From: a virus
Length of the DNA: 64,000 nucleotides
Direction: 5' to 3' (one strand)
IMG/VR virus record: IMGVR_UViG_3300030390_001877
Location: 1-64,000 of that record
Made by a program: the position numbers and the translations under genes. The notes under the pieces are model-generated. The model saw only the letters and a program-made list of their open reading frames with translations, ran no database searches and was not told the origin of the DNA. This document shows positions 1 through 9,204 of the stretch, piece by piece. How positions within the stretch are numbered: position 1 is the stretch's first letter; the number at the start of each line of letters is the position of its first letter.

Positions 1-22
1 AACGTAAGGAGAGTAGTAAATA

Positions 23-448
23 ATGGAGTTTAATGGAACAGTGTTAGTAAGTAACCGTAAGATAGAAAACGCCTTAAGTAATTACACCTCTTTAAAACGT
101 GAGTATGAAAAGGAAATAAAACGTTGTGAAGATAAGTTAGCATCTCAGATAGGTGATCTATCTTGGTGGGATAATTTTATGTGTAAAGATGGAGATGATG
201 ATTGGTTTAAAGTTTACAAACGTAAATATAAAGGTTGGGTAAGTACCTATCATAAAGCTTGGTTATACCACTTCAAAGAGATAGGATTGGTTACAGAAAG
301 CTTTCATTCTAAATATGAAGATATAGATCTTAATCATTACTACTATGAGAAGGAAGTATACACTTTAAGGGTTTTATCTAGGGCAGGGGAACCTGTATAT
401 TTGAACCCAGCACAAGCAAGTTTTGTTAATGGGTTTTTCGTGGGGTAA
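23..448 (+). CDS. hypothetical protein
   Basis: ORF with GGAG RBS; no family recognised. Confidence 0.8.
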   Translation: MEFNGTVLVSNRKIENALSNYTSLKREYEKEIKRCEDKLASQIGDLSWWDNFMCKDGDDDWFKVYKRKYKGWVSTYHKAWLYHFKEIGLVTESFHSKYEDIDLNHYYYEKEVYTLRVLSRAGEPVYLNPAQASFVNGFFVG

Positions 449-455
449 ATAATAC

Positions 456-485
456 TTGACTTATAGAACACTCTCAGGATAATAT
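456..485 (+). promoter_or_regulatory. sigma70-type promoter
   Basis: TTGACT-18-TAATAT in intergenic gap. Confidence 0.6.
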
Positions 486-544
486 CATCTAAAAGAGAAA
501 TATACTTTACTTTTAAGTAAAACATTTTTAAAGGAGAAACAACA

Positions 545-1072
545 ATGAAAGAGTTAGATTTAACAGAGGCAAAATTATTAAAACTTTGGTTACGAATGGG
601 GTATTGCGACTGGCAGATTACTGGTGAGAAGGATATCTGTTCTTTAACAAGGATGTGCTTGTGGAGTGGTGTTTTAGGGATAAGTAATCTATTGGCGATC
701 GTTTTTATGATTGTGCTTATGTTTGCGCTAGGGGTTGGATTGCTTTGGGTAGGATATTTAATGTTTTCTTTCCTAACATTATATCTACCAGAAGCATACT
801 GGGCTTCTCCAGAGGATATCGGGGTAGGGCTACTACTTACATTTTTTACGTCTATAGTACTCTTAATAAGTTTCACAGTAGAAGTATGCCAAGGAAAGAG
901 AGATTTCTCACCAGAGTATATGAAACGTCCTCTGAGAAAGCTCTTTAAGAAGAACAACAACCATTCAGAGGAAAATACCCGTGTGCAGAAGAAGCCCTCT
1001 CAAACATGGATTGCTTTGAAAGAGATGGGTAAAGCTTGGAAAGAGAAAACTTGTATTAAGGTGAAACTTTAA
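545..1072 (+). CDS. membrane protein
   Basis: AAGGAG RBS; long hydrophobic stretches in the central region. Confidence 0.75.
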   Translation: MKELDLTEAKLLKLWLRMGYCDWQITGEKDICSLTRMCLWSGVLGISNLLAIVFMIVLMFALGVGLLWVGYLMFSFLTLYLPEAYWASPEDIGVGLLLTFFTSIVLLISFTVEVCQGKRDFSPEYMKRPLRKLFKKNNNHSEENTRVQKKPSQTWIALKEMGKAWKEKTCIKVKL

Positions 1073-1083
1073 GGAGAGGTGTT

Positions 1084-1317
1084 ATGGCAAACTATTACAA
1101 AGAAGTGAAACGGGAAGGAGAGGATATCTATTACAGAGTGTACCGTACCAAAGATGACAGTTTAGTGGTCGAAAGGAGGTATAATTATACAGCAGGAGGT
1201 TTCCTAAGGGCTATGTTCTTTTCTCGTGAGAATAGTATGAAGGTAACTTTTAAGATAGTTAACAAAGAGGCAGACTTAGCTATCAAAACTTTAGAAGAAT
1301 ATGAGGTGTCGAGATGA
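1084..1317 (+). CDS. hypothetical protein
   Basis: RBS, operon packing. Confidence 0.75.
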   Translation: MANYYKEVKREGEDIYYRVYRTKDDSLVVERRYNYTAGGFLRAMFFSRENSMKVTFKIVNKEADLAIKTLEEYEVSR

Positions 1318-1700
1318 ACAATATTAGATTAACAAGGAAACCATTTTTAAAAGATTTCACCTTCCACAAGGAAGAAAGTAAACTACACCTAATAGCTGAA
1401 GATATAAGAGGGAGTTTAGAGGGTAAGAAAAACTATTATGAGGAACTCCTCACACCTTTTGAGTACAAGATTATCCATAAGATATATAAATATCATCCTA
1501 ATAATCTACCTTTTAGGGCGGGCGTTTGGGAGGGAGAGAAATCGTATATAAGGGAGATGTTAAGCGTAGTTACCTATATCATAGAGACTTTCTCATTAGA
1601 GGAAGTTGAGTTTATTGATTTAGATAAAGAAACCTTTAAGAAGTGGAAAACCTTCCGAGAATGGTATGATATTGTAGAGGATAACAGTAATGTCCAATAA
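1314..1700 (+). CDS. hypothetical protein
   Basis: ATGA overlap with upstream stop. Confidence 0.75.
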   Translation: MNNIRLTRKPFLKDFTFHKEESKLHLIAEDIRGSLEGKKNYYEELLTPFEYKIIHKIYKYHPNNLPFRAGVWEGEKSYIREMLSVVTYIIETFSLEEVEFIDLDKETFKKWKTFREWYDIVEDNSNVQ

Positions 1701-1890
1701 AATAACAGAAGAGTTTATCAACAAGAAGATAACTTTATCAAATAATATTACATATTTGAAAGAAGAGTTTGAAGGGAAACTTTGGGGTAGCTGTCCTGAT
1801 GGTGATGTAAAACTTTACCAGATGTTAGAGTTCGCCAGAGAATATGATTGGTTATTAGAAGATATAATTAAATTGAGTAAGGAGCTTTAG
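1690..1890 (+). CDS. hypothetical protein
   Basis: RBS, operon packing. Confidence 0.7.
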   Translation: MSNKITEEFINKKITLSNNITYLKEEFEGKLWGSCPDGDVKLYQMLEFAREYDWLLEDIIKLSKEL

Positions 1891-1976
1891 GAGGTTATCC
1901 TGTTGTGGAGTACCTTATTTTAGGATGACTCTACTTGAAAGTATTCCAGAAGATTATTATCGTATAGGAGAGTGAG

Positions 1977-2225
1977 ATGAAATACATTACAGAATTAGAA
2001 GATGTTCACATAGTAGAACTTAATGGAAGAAATATTAAAATAGAAATATCTTCTTACCACAAGGACTCTTGGAAGGTGTACCTTACTGAGAAACAGAGTG
2101 TACTTTTGGAGAAAGAAACTTTGAAAATAAAAGATGTTTATGGAACATTACACCTTGACCAGATAGTTGTTTGTTATGAATTGTGTCGTTTCTTGAAGGG
2201 GGTTGTTGATGATGAACAACCCTAA
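1977..2225 (+). CDS. hypothetical protein
   Basis: AGGAG RBS. Confidence 0.7.
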   Translation: MKYITELEDVHIVELNGRNIKIEISSYHKDSWKVYLTEKQSVLLEKETLKIKDVYGTLHLDQIVVCYELCRFLKGVVDDEQP

Positions 2226-2463
2226 TATAAAAATAACATCCCTCTCATTCAAGTGCTCTTATAGAGAGTGGGGTTATTTTGTGAGAAATTACTACGATAA
2301 GCAAAGTGTGGAAATCTTAGGAGGAGAGTATTTTATCAGAAGTGTTGATGTTAAAAGAGAGCAACCTTCTTGCATAGAGAAAATCAATTTTCCAAAGTAT
2401 AACACTTATGAAGAGATTGTTTCTGTAGAGATGAGCCTGTTTAAGTGGGAGGAGAATTTATGA
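2209..2463 (+). CDS. hypothetical protein
   Basis: start moved to ATG 2209 after GGGGG RBS. Confidence 0.65.
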   Translation: MMNNPNIKITSLSFKCSYREWGYFVRNYYDKQSVEILGGEYFIRSVDVKREQPSCIEKINFPKYNTYEEIVSVEMSLFKWEENL

Positions 2464-2669
2464 GTAAGTGGATACCTGTTGAGGAAAGGTTGCCTTTGAG
2501 ACAAGCAGATAACTGTTCTTATGAGGTGGATGTTTGGATAGAGAATGAACGTTGGCCTGATGTTATCTATGCCTTCCTTGAGGAAGAATGGTATGATACA
2601 GATGTGTGGTGCTCTATTGAAGGAGTGACACATTGGATGGAGAAGCCTAAACCACCTGAGGAGAAATAA
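2460..2669 (+). CDS. DUF551-like phage protein
   Basis: N-term WIPVEERLP and C-term VTHWMEKPKPP signature; start at ATG 2460. Confidence 0.8.
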   Translation: MSKWIPVEERLPLRQADNCSYEVDVWIENERWPDVIYAFLEEEWYDTDVWCSIEGVTHWMEKPKPPEEK

Positions 2670-2805
2670 GTTGAGTCGAGAAGATTTGATTACTGTTAAG
2701 AAGATTGTTTTTGGGGAGGAGTGATCCTTTTAAGAGAGAAGCATTTTAAGATGAAATACACGCTGAATCGAATGGTTTGGGATTTTAATATAGGAGTAGA
2801 GTGAT

Positions 2806-2991
2806 ATGAACGGTAAACAATATAATTCAATGGGTACTGATGTAGAGTTAGCAAACGCAATGCTTGATAATATTGAGGAGTTACTTTTTCAACTTGAAGA
2901 TAGTGATATGGATGAAGACAAGAAAGCAGATGCGATCAGTAAATTAAAGTTTACTAAAAGGTTTGTAACTGGCTTTGCTAATCAACTTTAA
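2806..2991 (+). CDS. hypothetical protein
   Basis: AGGAG RBS; acidic helical peptide. Confidence 0.7.
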   Translation: MNGKQYNSMGTDVELANAMLDNIEELLFQLEDSDMDEDKKADAISKLKFTKRFVTGFANQL

Positions 2992-3037
2992 GAAGTAGAG
3001 TGATATTCTGAAAAGAGAGAAACATTTTAAGAGAGTT

Positions 3038-3057
3038 GCCCCTTTATGGGGCTTTTT
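3038..3057 (+). terminator. rho-independent terminator
   Basis: GCCCC-TTTAT-GGGGC-TTTTT. Confidence 0.8.
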
Positions 3058-3076
3058 GTGTTGGAGGGAGAAGAGA

Positions 3077-3838
3077 ATGAAAGAGATTACAATTACAAAA
3101 GATAATAATACTACACATAGGTTGATTAATAGCAATTTCCTTGAGGTAGGAGGGTTACAGTGTGACATGGTTCTAACAGATTTACCTTACGGAACAACTA
3201 ATGCAAAATGGGATTCTGTTGTGGATTTAGAAGCTATGTGGGGATGGTTAAATATTATAAGAGAACCTCGAACACCAGTGTTATTATTTGCACAAAGTCC
3301 TTTTGATAAAGTGTTAGGCTGTTCTAATATAAAAGAGTTAAAGTATGAATGGATTTGGGAAAAAGGTAATGCTACTGGACACTTGAATGCCAAGAAGATG
3401 CCAATGAAGGCTCACGAGAATATCCTGACCTTTTACAACAAGCTGCCTGTATATAACCCCCAGAAAACTACAGGACATCCTTTGAAAACTTGTAGTAATT
3501 TTGGAGAGAGTGAATTATATGGCGCTTCCAAGAAACGTACATACTCTTCCACTGAGCGTTACCCAAGAGATGTGCTAAAGTTTGGTAATGATAAACAAAA
3601 ACTTAATATGCACTCTACACAAAAACCTTTAGAACTTTTAAGATACCTTATCAGAACATATACAAGCGAAGGAGATACTGTTCTCGACTTCACCTCTGGA
3701 AGTATGTCTCTTGCTGTAGCATGTTATCTGGAAGGAAGAAATTCTATCTGCATAGAGATGGACGAGGTTCAGTTTGAAAAGAGTGTTTCTTGGGTGAGGG
3801 GATGTTCTTTTGAGAATGTATATGGTTTAGGTGTGTAA
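3077..3838 (+). CDS. orphan DNA amino-methyltransferase (N4C/N6A, beta-type motif order)
   Basis: DLPY catalytic motif, HENIL, HSTQKP.ELL.YLI, VLDFTSGS SAM-binding motif; start ATG 3077. Confidence 0.85.
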   Translation: MKEITITKDNNTTHRLINSNFLEVGGLQCDMVLTDLPYGTTNAKWDSVVDLEAMWGWLNIIREPRTPVLLFAQSPFDKVLGCSNIKELKYEWIWEKGNATGHLNAKKMPMKAHENILTFYNKLPVYNPQKTTGHPLKTCSNFGESELYGASKKRTYSSTERYPRDVLKFGNDKQKLNMHSTQKPLELLRYLIRTYTSEGDTVLDFTSGSMSLAVACYLEGRNSICIEMDEVQFEKSVSWVRGCSFENVYGLGV

Positions 3839-3854
3839 ATCTTTACGGTAAATT

Positions 3855-3876
3855 GCCCTCAACTAAGAGGGCTTTT
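3855..3876. terminator. terminator between convergent genes
   Basis: GCCCTC-AACTAA-GAGGGC-TTTT. Confidence 0.75.
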
Positions 3877-3877
3877 C

Positions 3878-5224
3878 TCATTCTGCATATAACCACTCCT
3901 CTAATAATCTTTGCATCCTACTACTGAATATCAACACTTCCATACGTTGACCTTGCCTAATACATCCCCTAAAGATAAGCTGCAGGAGTTCAGAAATCGA
4001 GTACAAATCTGAGTTGAATATAACACCCCTCTCCTTCAAGTAATTAATCTCCACAGGACGTTTATAAACATTGACAGCATATAAACACAACGTATGATCT
4101 CTGTACTCATTAACAGCTTTCTTATTCCAAGGGATGTATGGTTCTAAACCATTTCTCGGGGTTTGTTTATACCCTTTCCCAGCTAATCTTCCTTTATAAG
4201 GCTTAAACGTTGTCCAAAACACTCTGTTACTTTTTGTATTGGTTCTATTGATAGTAGATTCCATAATACGTCTAATCGTCTTAGTGTATTCACTATCCTC
4301 ATCCTTGCTTCCATCACGAGTGACATTTCTCTCATACCAACCAGCAGAGAACATTGTTTCAATACTCTTATTACTTCCTTTCTTACGACAACTTTCCCTG
4401 AACGTATTCAAAGCTGTAGACTTTAATATAACCAGATTATTACGTATCTCTTCTTTGATATCTTCTTCTGGTCTGAGTCCTAAAACATTATGAGGGAGGT
4501 ATTTATAAAGAATATTATTCTTCTTCATCCAAGATGACATAATACTTCCTTCAAACAAATAAGACATAACATAAACATCATCTAATTCTTTCAACAACAG
4601 AGGAGGGTATTCCCACACAAGGATATTATCTTTGTATTTATACAAACTTTCTGTCTCACATAGTTTCATGATAGCATAATAAGGGTTCTTTGTAGTCACT
4701 TCATTACCAGACCAAACAAGCTTACCATCCTCTTCAACAGTCATCCACCCTCCTACAGATAACAACTCAACACTGTCAACATCTAATTGGTCATACTGTG
4801 AAATACAATCAAGTGCTTCATCAATAATAAGTGTGTACCCTCCATCTGTCATAAGTTGAATACATTCTTTATCAAAAGCCTTGAAAGATTCATGAGTTGT
4901 TGATATATTCTTACCTGCTCGTATTAAATCTTTAATATTCTCCTTCTTACCCTGACCAAGACTCTTTGGCATACAAAACTTCATCTCTGGTAGTTCTTTA
5001 TGGATACGTCCTTCTACTGGAGCTTCCCTTCCACTCTTACCATCACCCACTTCACTAAGAAATAATGATACATACAAGAAACGTTTATCTGGAGTATCAA
5101 TATGACTCTTCCTCATATGATTAAACATACCTGTAGTCTTACCACTCCCCATAATAGCATCAACTATCTTGACAGGGGTTTGAATAGCGGACTGCTCCTT
5201 AATAGTCTGTTCTTCTGTGCTCAA
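3878..5224 (-). CDS. SF2 helicase-like / possible origin-binding ATPase
   Basis: Walker A DAIMGSGKTT, STTH, Walker B LIIDE, C-term QLIFRGCIR motif VI-like; TTG start with AAGGAGG. Confidence 0.75.
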   Translation of the reverse strand: MSTEEQTIKEQSAIQTPVKIVDAIMGSGKTTGMFNHMRKSHIDTPDKRFLYVSLFLSEVGDGKSGREAPVEGRIHKELPEMKFCMPKSLGQGKKENIKDLIRAGKNISTTHESFKAFDKECIQLMTDGGYTLIIDEALDCISQYDQLDVDSVELLSVGGWMTVEEDGKLVWSGNEVTTKNPYYAIMKLCETESLYKYKDNILVWEYPPLLLKELDDVYVMSYLFEGSIMSSWMKKNNILYKYLPHNVLGLRPEEDIKEEIRNNLVILKSTALNTFRESCRKKGSNKSIETMFSAGWYERNVTRDGSKDEDSEYTKTIRRIMESTINRTNTKSNRVFWTTFKPYKGRLAGKGYKQTPRNGLEPYIPWNKKAVNEYRDHTLCLYAVNVYKRPVEINYLKERGVIFNSDLYSISELLQLIFRGCIRQGQRMEVLIFSSRMQRLLEEWLYAE

Positions 5225-5266
5225 TATTATTCCCTCCTTTATTAATTAAAATATCAGCTAGTCTAC

Positions 5267-5295
5267 ATTATAACAGAAGAATTAGAAATTAACAA
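5267..5295 (-). promoter_or_regulatory. sigma70-type promoter of helicase-like gene
   Basis: TTGTTA-17-TATAAT. Confidence 0.6.
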
Positions 5296-6960
5296 CAAAC
5301 TATTTCTAATAACACCCTACTTCTTAGAAGCTGATTTCTAACTTTACTCTTAAAATATCTTTATATTGAAAGACTAAACCAATGTGATTAGAAATACCAA
5401 ATCAAGACGACTTTGCTAACGTGAGTTGTCTTGTCAGACGGACAACGTCCAGAAGAGGATACCTTTTAGAAGAGTATAAATAACCATAGTAATCTTTACT
5501 TAAACAACCCTACTCTAGAGAGTGCTAAATATAAGGGTATTAGAAACTAGATAGAAGAAGTTAGAGAAATCCTTCTATTATATTTCTATCTTATAAAATA
5601 TCCCCCTCTCCAAAAGGATAACATTTACAACCTTGTTGTAGAAATATCAATAGGTTATAGAATATAACAAAATATCATAGGGAGATAGAAATATCCTAGA
5701 AACATATCTATTTTATAGAAGCCTATTTTATAGAAAGTAAATATCTGAAAATAAAATTTTCTGGGAGGTGTTATTTTGGGAAGAGTGTTATCTATTTGGG
5801 GATGAAAATATCTGGGAGAGGGTTCCTTTAGAGAAAGGTGTATTGTTTGAGTAAGGTATTGTTGATAAAGGTGTTTTCTTATTAAGGAAGAAATTTTAGT
5901 GAGAGGTGTTAAGCACTGTTATAGTATAACATATCACTAACTTTTAAATATTAAAATATCTACCAATATCAAGCACTTTCTTAGAATAAATCCCCCAAGC
6001 ATATAACATTCTAGTATATGTTACCTTATCACAAAGAGTCTCCTTCTGTAACTACGTTACAATATAACATCTCTATTCAAAAGGGTTGCATATACAAATA
6101 AGATACATTCTCAATTATATTGAACATAACATAGTTTATAGGATGTCATCTATAAGAGGTTATTACTCTGTGAATACATATTCACAAATAGAATACTTAT
6201 GCAAAGAGGGTATTCCTTCTTATAGAAAGTCATTTGTTGATAATAGTTATCATATGAGAACAGTTATTGTTTATGAAAGGGTGTTATATTATCACGTACG
6301 TGATAGAAGTGTTATGTTATAGCATAGCTATAGAAAGTGTTATGTTATAACGTTCCGTTATGAGATAGGTTTTTCCTATTAAATGTTCCATTTAGAAAGT
6401 TATTACCTTTTATAGTAAGTGTTTGTGTTCTTAGTGTGTTTAACAACCCACATAAGAAGCACCTCCACTCACAAAGGATATACCTCCCCAAAATTACCCT
6501 TCCTAAATAGAGTACTTTTGTTACTACGTAACAGAATAATCACCCTTTGTAACGTAGTTACACAAGACACCTCTTTATACTTCGTATAGCCTATCACAGC
6601 TGCATTTCATGCAAACATAACAATCTATTAAAGCTACACTCTCATAAGCTCCTTACACTAGCTTATAGGTAGCTAATTTTTTATAAATAAACACCTCCTA
6701 AAAGCAGATAACACTACCTAAAAATGTTACATTATCACACTAATCCTATGTTAGTAAGAATAATACTTCTGTGACGTTGTCACAAAGAGGGTTAACTATT
6801 TGAAAACATTATATTTCTTTACTCTGTAAAGGGGGTTTACACTTAGTAAAGTAGTCTATTTGGTCAGCGTGATTTATCCAAGGGTAACACTGCGTTTAGG
6901 ATAATGTTATATTGTAACGTTGTTACAAAGAAGGGTAGGTTTAAGAGGGGTTTTACAGGT
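5296..6960. repeat. long non-coding region with TAGAAA-type repeats and TGTNAC-N3-GTNACA palindromes (origin or genome-end candidate)
   Basis: no credible ORF for about 1.7 kb; direct repeat CTATTTTATAGAA at 5708 and 5723; palindromes at 6047, 6519, 6548, 6770, 6913. Confidence 0.6.
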
Positions 6961-6964
6961 GAAG

Positions 6965-6988
6965 AAAAACCCCAGTTAAGGGGCTTTT
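6965..6988 (-). terminator. terminator closing the early region
   Basis: minus strand AAAAGCCCC-TTAACT-GGGGTTTTT. Confidence 0.8.
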
Positions 6989-7014
6989 ATAGGTTTGGTG
7001 GTAATAATTCCTAT

Positions 7015-7224
7015 TTAAAGTGTCGCTCTATAGTAATTAGGATCATTAGGAAAAGGATATACACGGAGATCATGCCCTTTGTATTTTATCCATAATTGCT
7101 GGTCTATTTTCCAGATTGTTCGTTCAACTGTTGTGAACACCTCACCCTTGCGGATGCTTTTATTTGATAGTTGTTTGACTTCCCGCACTTCCACATACCC
7201 TTTACCTAAGTTTACTTTGTTCAT
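7015..7224 (-). CDS. hypothetical early protein
   Basis: flanked by RBS linker repeats. Confidence 0.75.
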   Translation of the reverse strand: MNKVNLGKGYVEVREVKQLSNKSIRKGEVFTTVERTIWKIDQQLWIKYKGHDLRVYPFPNDPNYYRATL

Positions 7225-7239
7225 GGGAATAATTCCTAT

Positions 7240-7437
7240 TTAACATGTCCAACTATTACAAAAGTAATTATACTCTTTTTCTGTACCATCTGAATAAATA
7301 ACATATATAACACTATAATCAGATCCATAACTCCAGCCTTTGAACTGAGGATGTTCCCCAAAATCATCAGGGTGTGGGAGTTCACTAGGTACGTTAAAAC
7401 TTGTTTCATTATACCAATCATTTATATTTATGTTCAT
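7240..7437 (-). CDS. hypothetical early protein
   Basis: flanked by RBS linker repeats. Confidence 0.75.
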   Translation of the reverse strand: MNININDWYNETSFNVPSELPHPDDFGEHPQFKGWSYGSDYSVIYVIYSDGTEKEYNYFCNSWTC

Positions 7438-7452
7438 GATAATAATTCCTAT

Positions 7453-7698
7453 TTAGAATGATAGTTGTTCGAAATAAGCTTTCATTTCGTTAGCATACTC
7501 GACACACTCTTTTTTAGTCTTTGCGCGGTGTTGGTGATCTGCTTCGAAGTCACCTTCTAGACTTAACACCCACTTGTTGCCGTCTATGTCTTGATCCTCT
7601 ACACCTGAATACTGTCCGTAAGATTGTAAGCTAAGCTCAAGACCATTGTCTAAAGTTGTGAAGTAAGAGCCTTGAAAACGTCTAGTAAATTTTAACAT
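7453..7698 (-). CDS. hypothetical early protein
   Basis: flanked by RBS linker repeats. Confidence 0.75.
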   Translation of the reverse strand: MLKFTRRFQGSYFTTLDNGLELSLQSYGQYSGVEDQDIDGNKWVLSLEGDFEADHQHRAKTKKECVEYANEMKAYFEQLSF

Positions 7699-7745
7699 TG
7701 TGATAATTCCTATTTATTTAATTTGTCCCGTTTGGGTATGTCTAT

Positions 7746-7773
7746 ATAATAACAAACCCTCACCAAACGTCAA
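7746..7773 (-). promoter_or_regulatory. sigma70-type promoter
   Basis: TTGACG-16-TATTAT upstream of cassette trio. Confidence 0.6.
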
Positions 7774-8345
7774 CCCTTTCAACAAATAAATTCAATTATT
7801 TTATATATGATAACTGTTCTCAACAAAACCACCTATGCACAAACAATTAACTATGTCAACACTATTTATTTTTGTTACATTGTAACACACCACCTTTAAT
7901 CCGAGCTGTACGCCTCGCTGTGGCATTTTAAGATTTAGCTAACAAAGTGTATTACTACCCTGTTAAAAGTGGCATACAGTGCAATACAGGAATTTTACCT
8001 ATTTTAGGGTATTTTTGCCATTCACCAACGTTATAATGGTAGATACCCTTATTAATACAGTGTCAACAATAATAATTATAATAAATAATACTAACCTTAT
8101 AACAAAACGTTATTTATAAAAGAGTTATTTTTCTGGTAAGGTGTTGTTCTTCTATCAAGTGTATACATTTATGTATATTGTCTTTATAAGGACAAGGATA
8201 CACTATTAAAAGGTTTTAATAAAAAGTAAAACGCTCTCAGATTAAAACCTTAATAACATTAAAACCTTAACAAGATTAATATTCTCTCAGGTACTTAATT
8301 ATTTGTTAAATCAAAAACCTGTTAGTATCAGATCCTCTATTAGCT

Positions 8346-8648
8346 TTAAAACTCATTCAAATAAAGATCAACCACCTCAAAAGTATTTATATCCTTCAAA
8401 GAGTGTTCTTCGAAAATAGTTGGTACATCATCAAACCATTGCAGATCATAACAATGACCTATAACAAAAGTATGATGAGCAAATAACCTTCCAATGTAAG
8501 CACTATCTAATCCACGTAAACCACCTTCGAAAAACTCCCCTGCCTTAACAGTTAAATCTGGATTAATTGTAATCATTCTCGTTAATGTAACAGTGCTGCC
8601 AACTTTGTTTTTAAGTAATATGTTTTGTGTAAATGTTTTAGTTTTCAT
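8346..8648 (-). CDS. hypothetical early protein
   Basis: start re-called at ATG 8648 (MKTKTF) after AAGAG. Confidence 0.7.
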   Translation of the reverse strand: MKTKTFTQNILLKNKVGSTVTLTRMITINPDLTVKAGEFFEGGLRGLDSAYIGRLFAHHTFVIGHCYDLQWFDDVPTIFEEHSLKDINTFEVVDLYLNEF

Positions 8649-8735
8649 AATAAATTCTCTTAATGTGTTTCGTTTCAATACAATAATCATCTCATAACTT
8701 TGTTATAAAAACAACCCTTTTCAACAAATAAATCA

Positions 8736-8867
8736 CTATTCATCAATAAACATCTCTTTACAACGTTTACTATCTTTAACAATAGCTATTCCGAATAAAG
8801 TGTACACTGTTATGAAAGCAACAACCCACGGTAAGACGCTTATAAAACTATTAATATAATCTGACAT
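8736..8867 (-). CDS. small membrane peptide
   Basis: ATG 8867 after GAGGG; single hydrophobic helix. Confidence 0.6.
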   Translation of the reverse strand: MSDYINSFISVLPWVVAFITVYTLFGIAIVKDSKRCKEMFIDE

Positions 8868-8913
8868 GATAAACCCTCTTTTAAAATTAAAACCTTTGTT
8901 AAAGCACCTTTTA

Positions 8914-9081
8914 CTAAAAAACATTACTCAAACGAAACACTCTTAACCAATCTAAAATTATCAAAACAACCACACTAACAGGGATACACAGTAATAAAAA
9001 GGATGTTATAAAAGATTGTATTTTCTTACGTTTATTAACCTTTGCTAAATAGTCTTGTGTTCTTTGTGAATGGTATTTCAT
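8914..9081 (-). CDS. small membrane peptide
   Basis: ATG 9081; basic N-term then hydrophobic helix. Confidence 0.6.
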   Translation of the reverse strand: MKYHSQRTQDYLAKVNKRKKIQSFITSFLLLCIPVSVVVLIILDWLRVFRLSNVF

Positions 9082-9104
9082 GTTGGTGTTCTCTTTTAAA
9101 TTGA

Positions 9105-9204
9105 TGGACAATGACAGAATCGAACTGTCACCAGCACTAAACGTTAACCAAGTCGAGGGAACATATATTATATGCCGTAAAGTACCAGACTCCCGAAGAT
9201 GCCC
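9105..9204 (-). ncRNA. tRNA-like element (non-canonical)
   Basis: perfect T-arm GACAG-TTCGATT-CTGTC (9113-9129); partial acceptor pairing GGGCAT/ATTGTCC; no CCA, no clean anticodon arm. Confidence 0.4.

Larger units (their letters stand above)
7003..7716 (-). repeat. four copies of TAAATAGGAATTAT(T) stop/RBS linker
   Basis: copies at 7003-7017, 7228-7242, 7441-7455, 7703-7716. Confidence 0.9.

Noticed and set aside
343-960. 205-aa minus-strand ORF and many similar antisense ORFs in the track (e.g. 36635-37039, 38554-38862, 52778-53089, 55639-55878)
   Set aside because: They are shadows of RBS-supported genes on the opposite strand, with no RBS and atypical composition.
6086-7095. ORFs 6086-6322 and 6904-7095
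   Set aside because: No RBS. They run through palindromes, repeats and a terminator, so they are treated as non-coding.
9105-9204. Canonical tRNA gene
   Set aside because: Too long, imperfect acceptor stem, no clean 7-nt anticodon loop. Kept only as a tRNA-like element.
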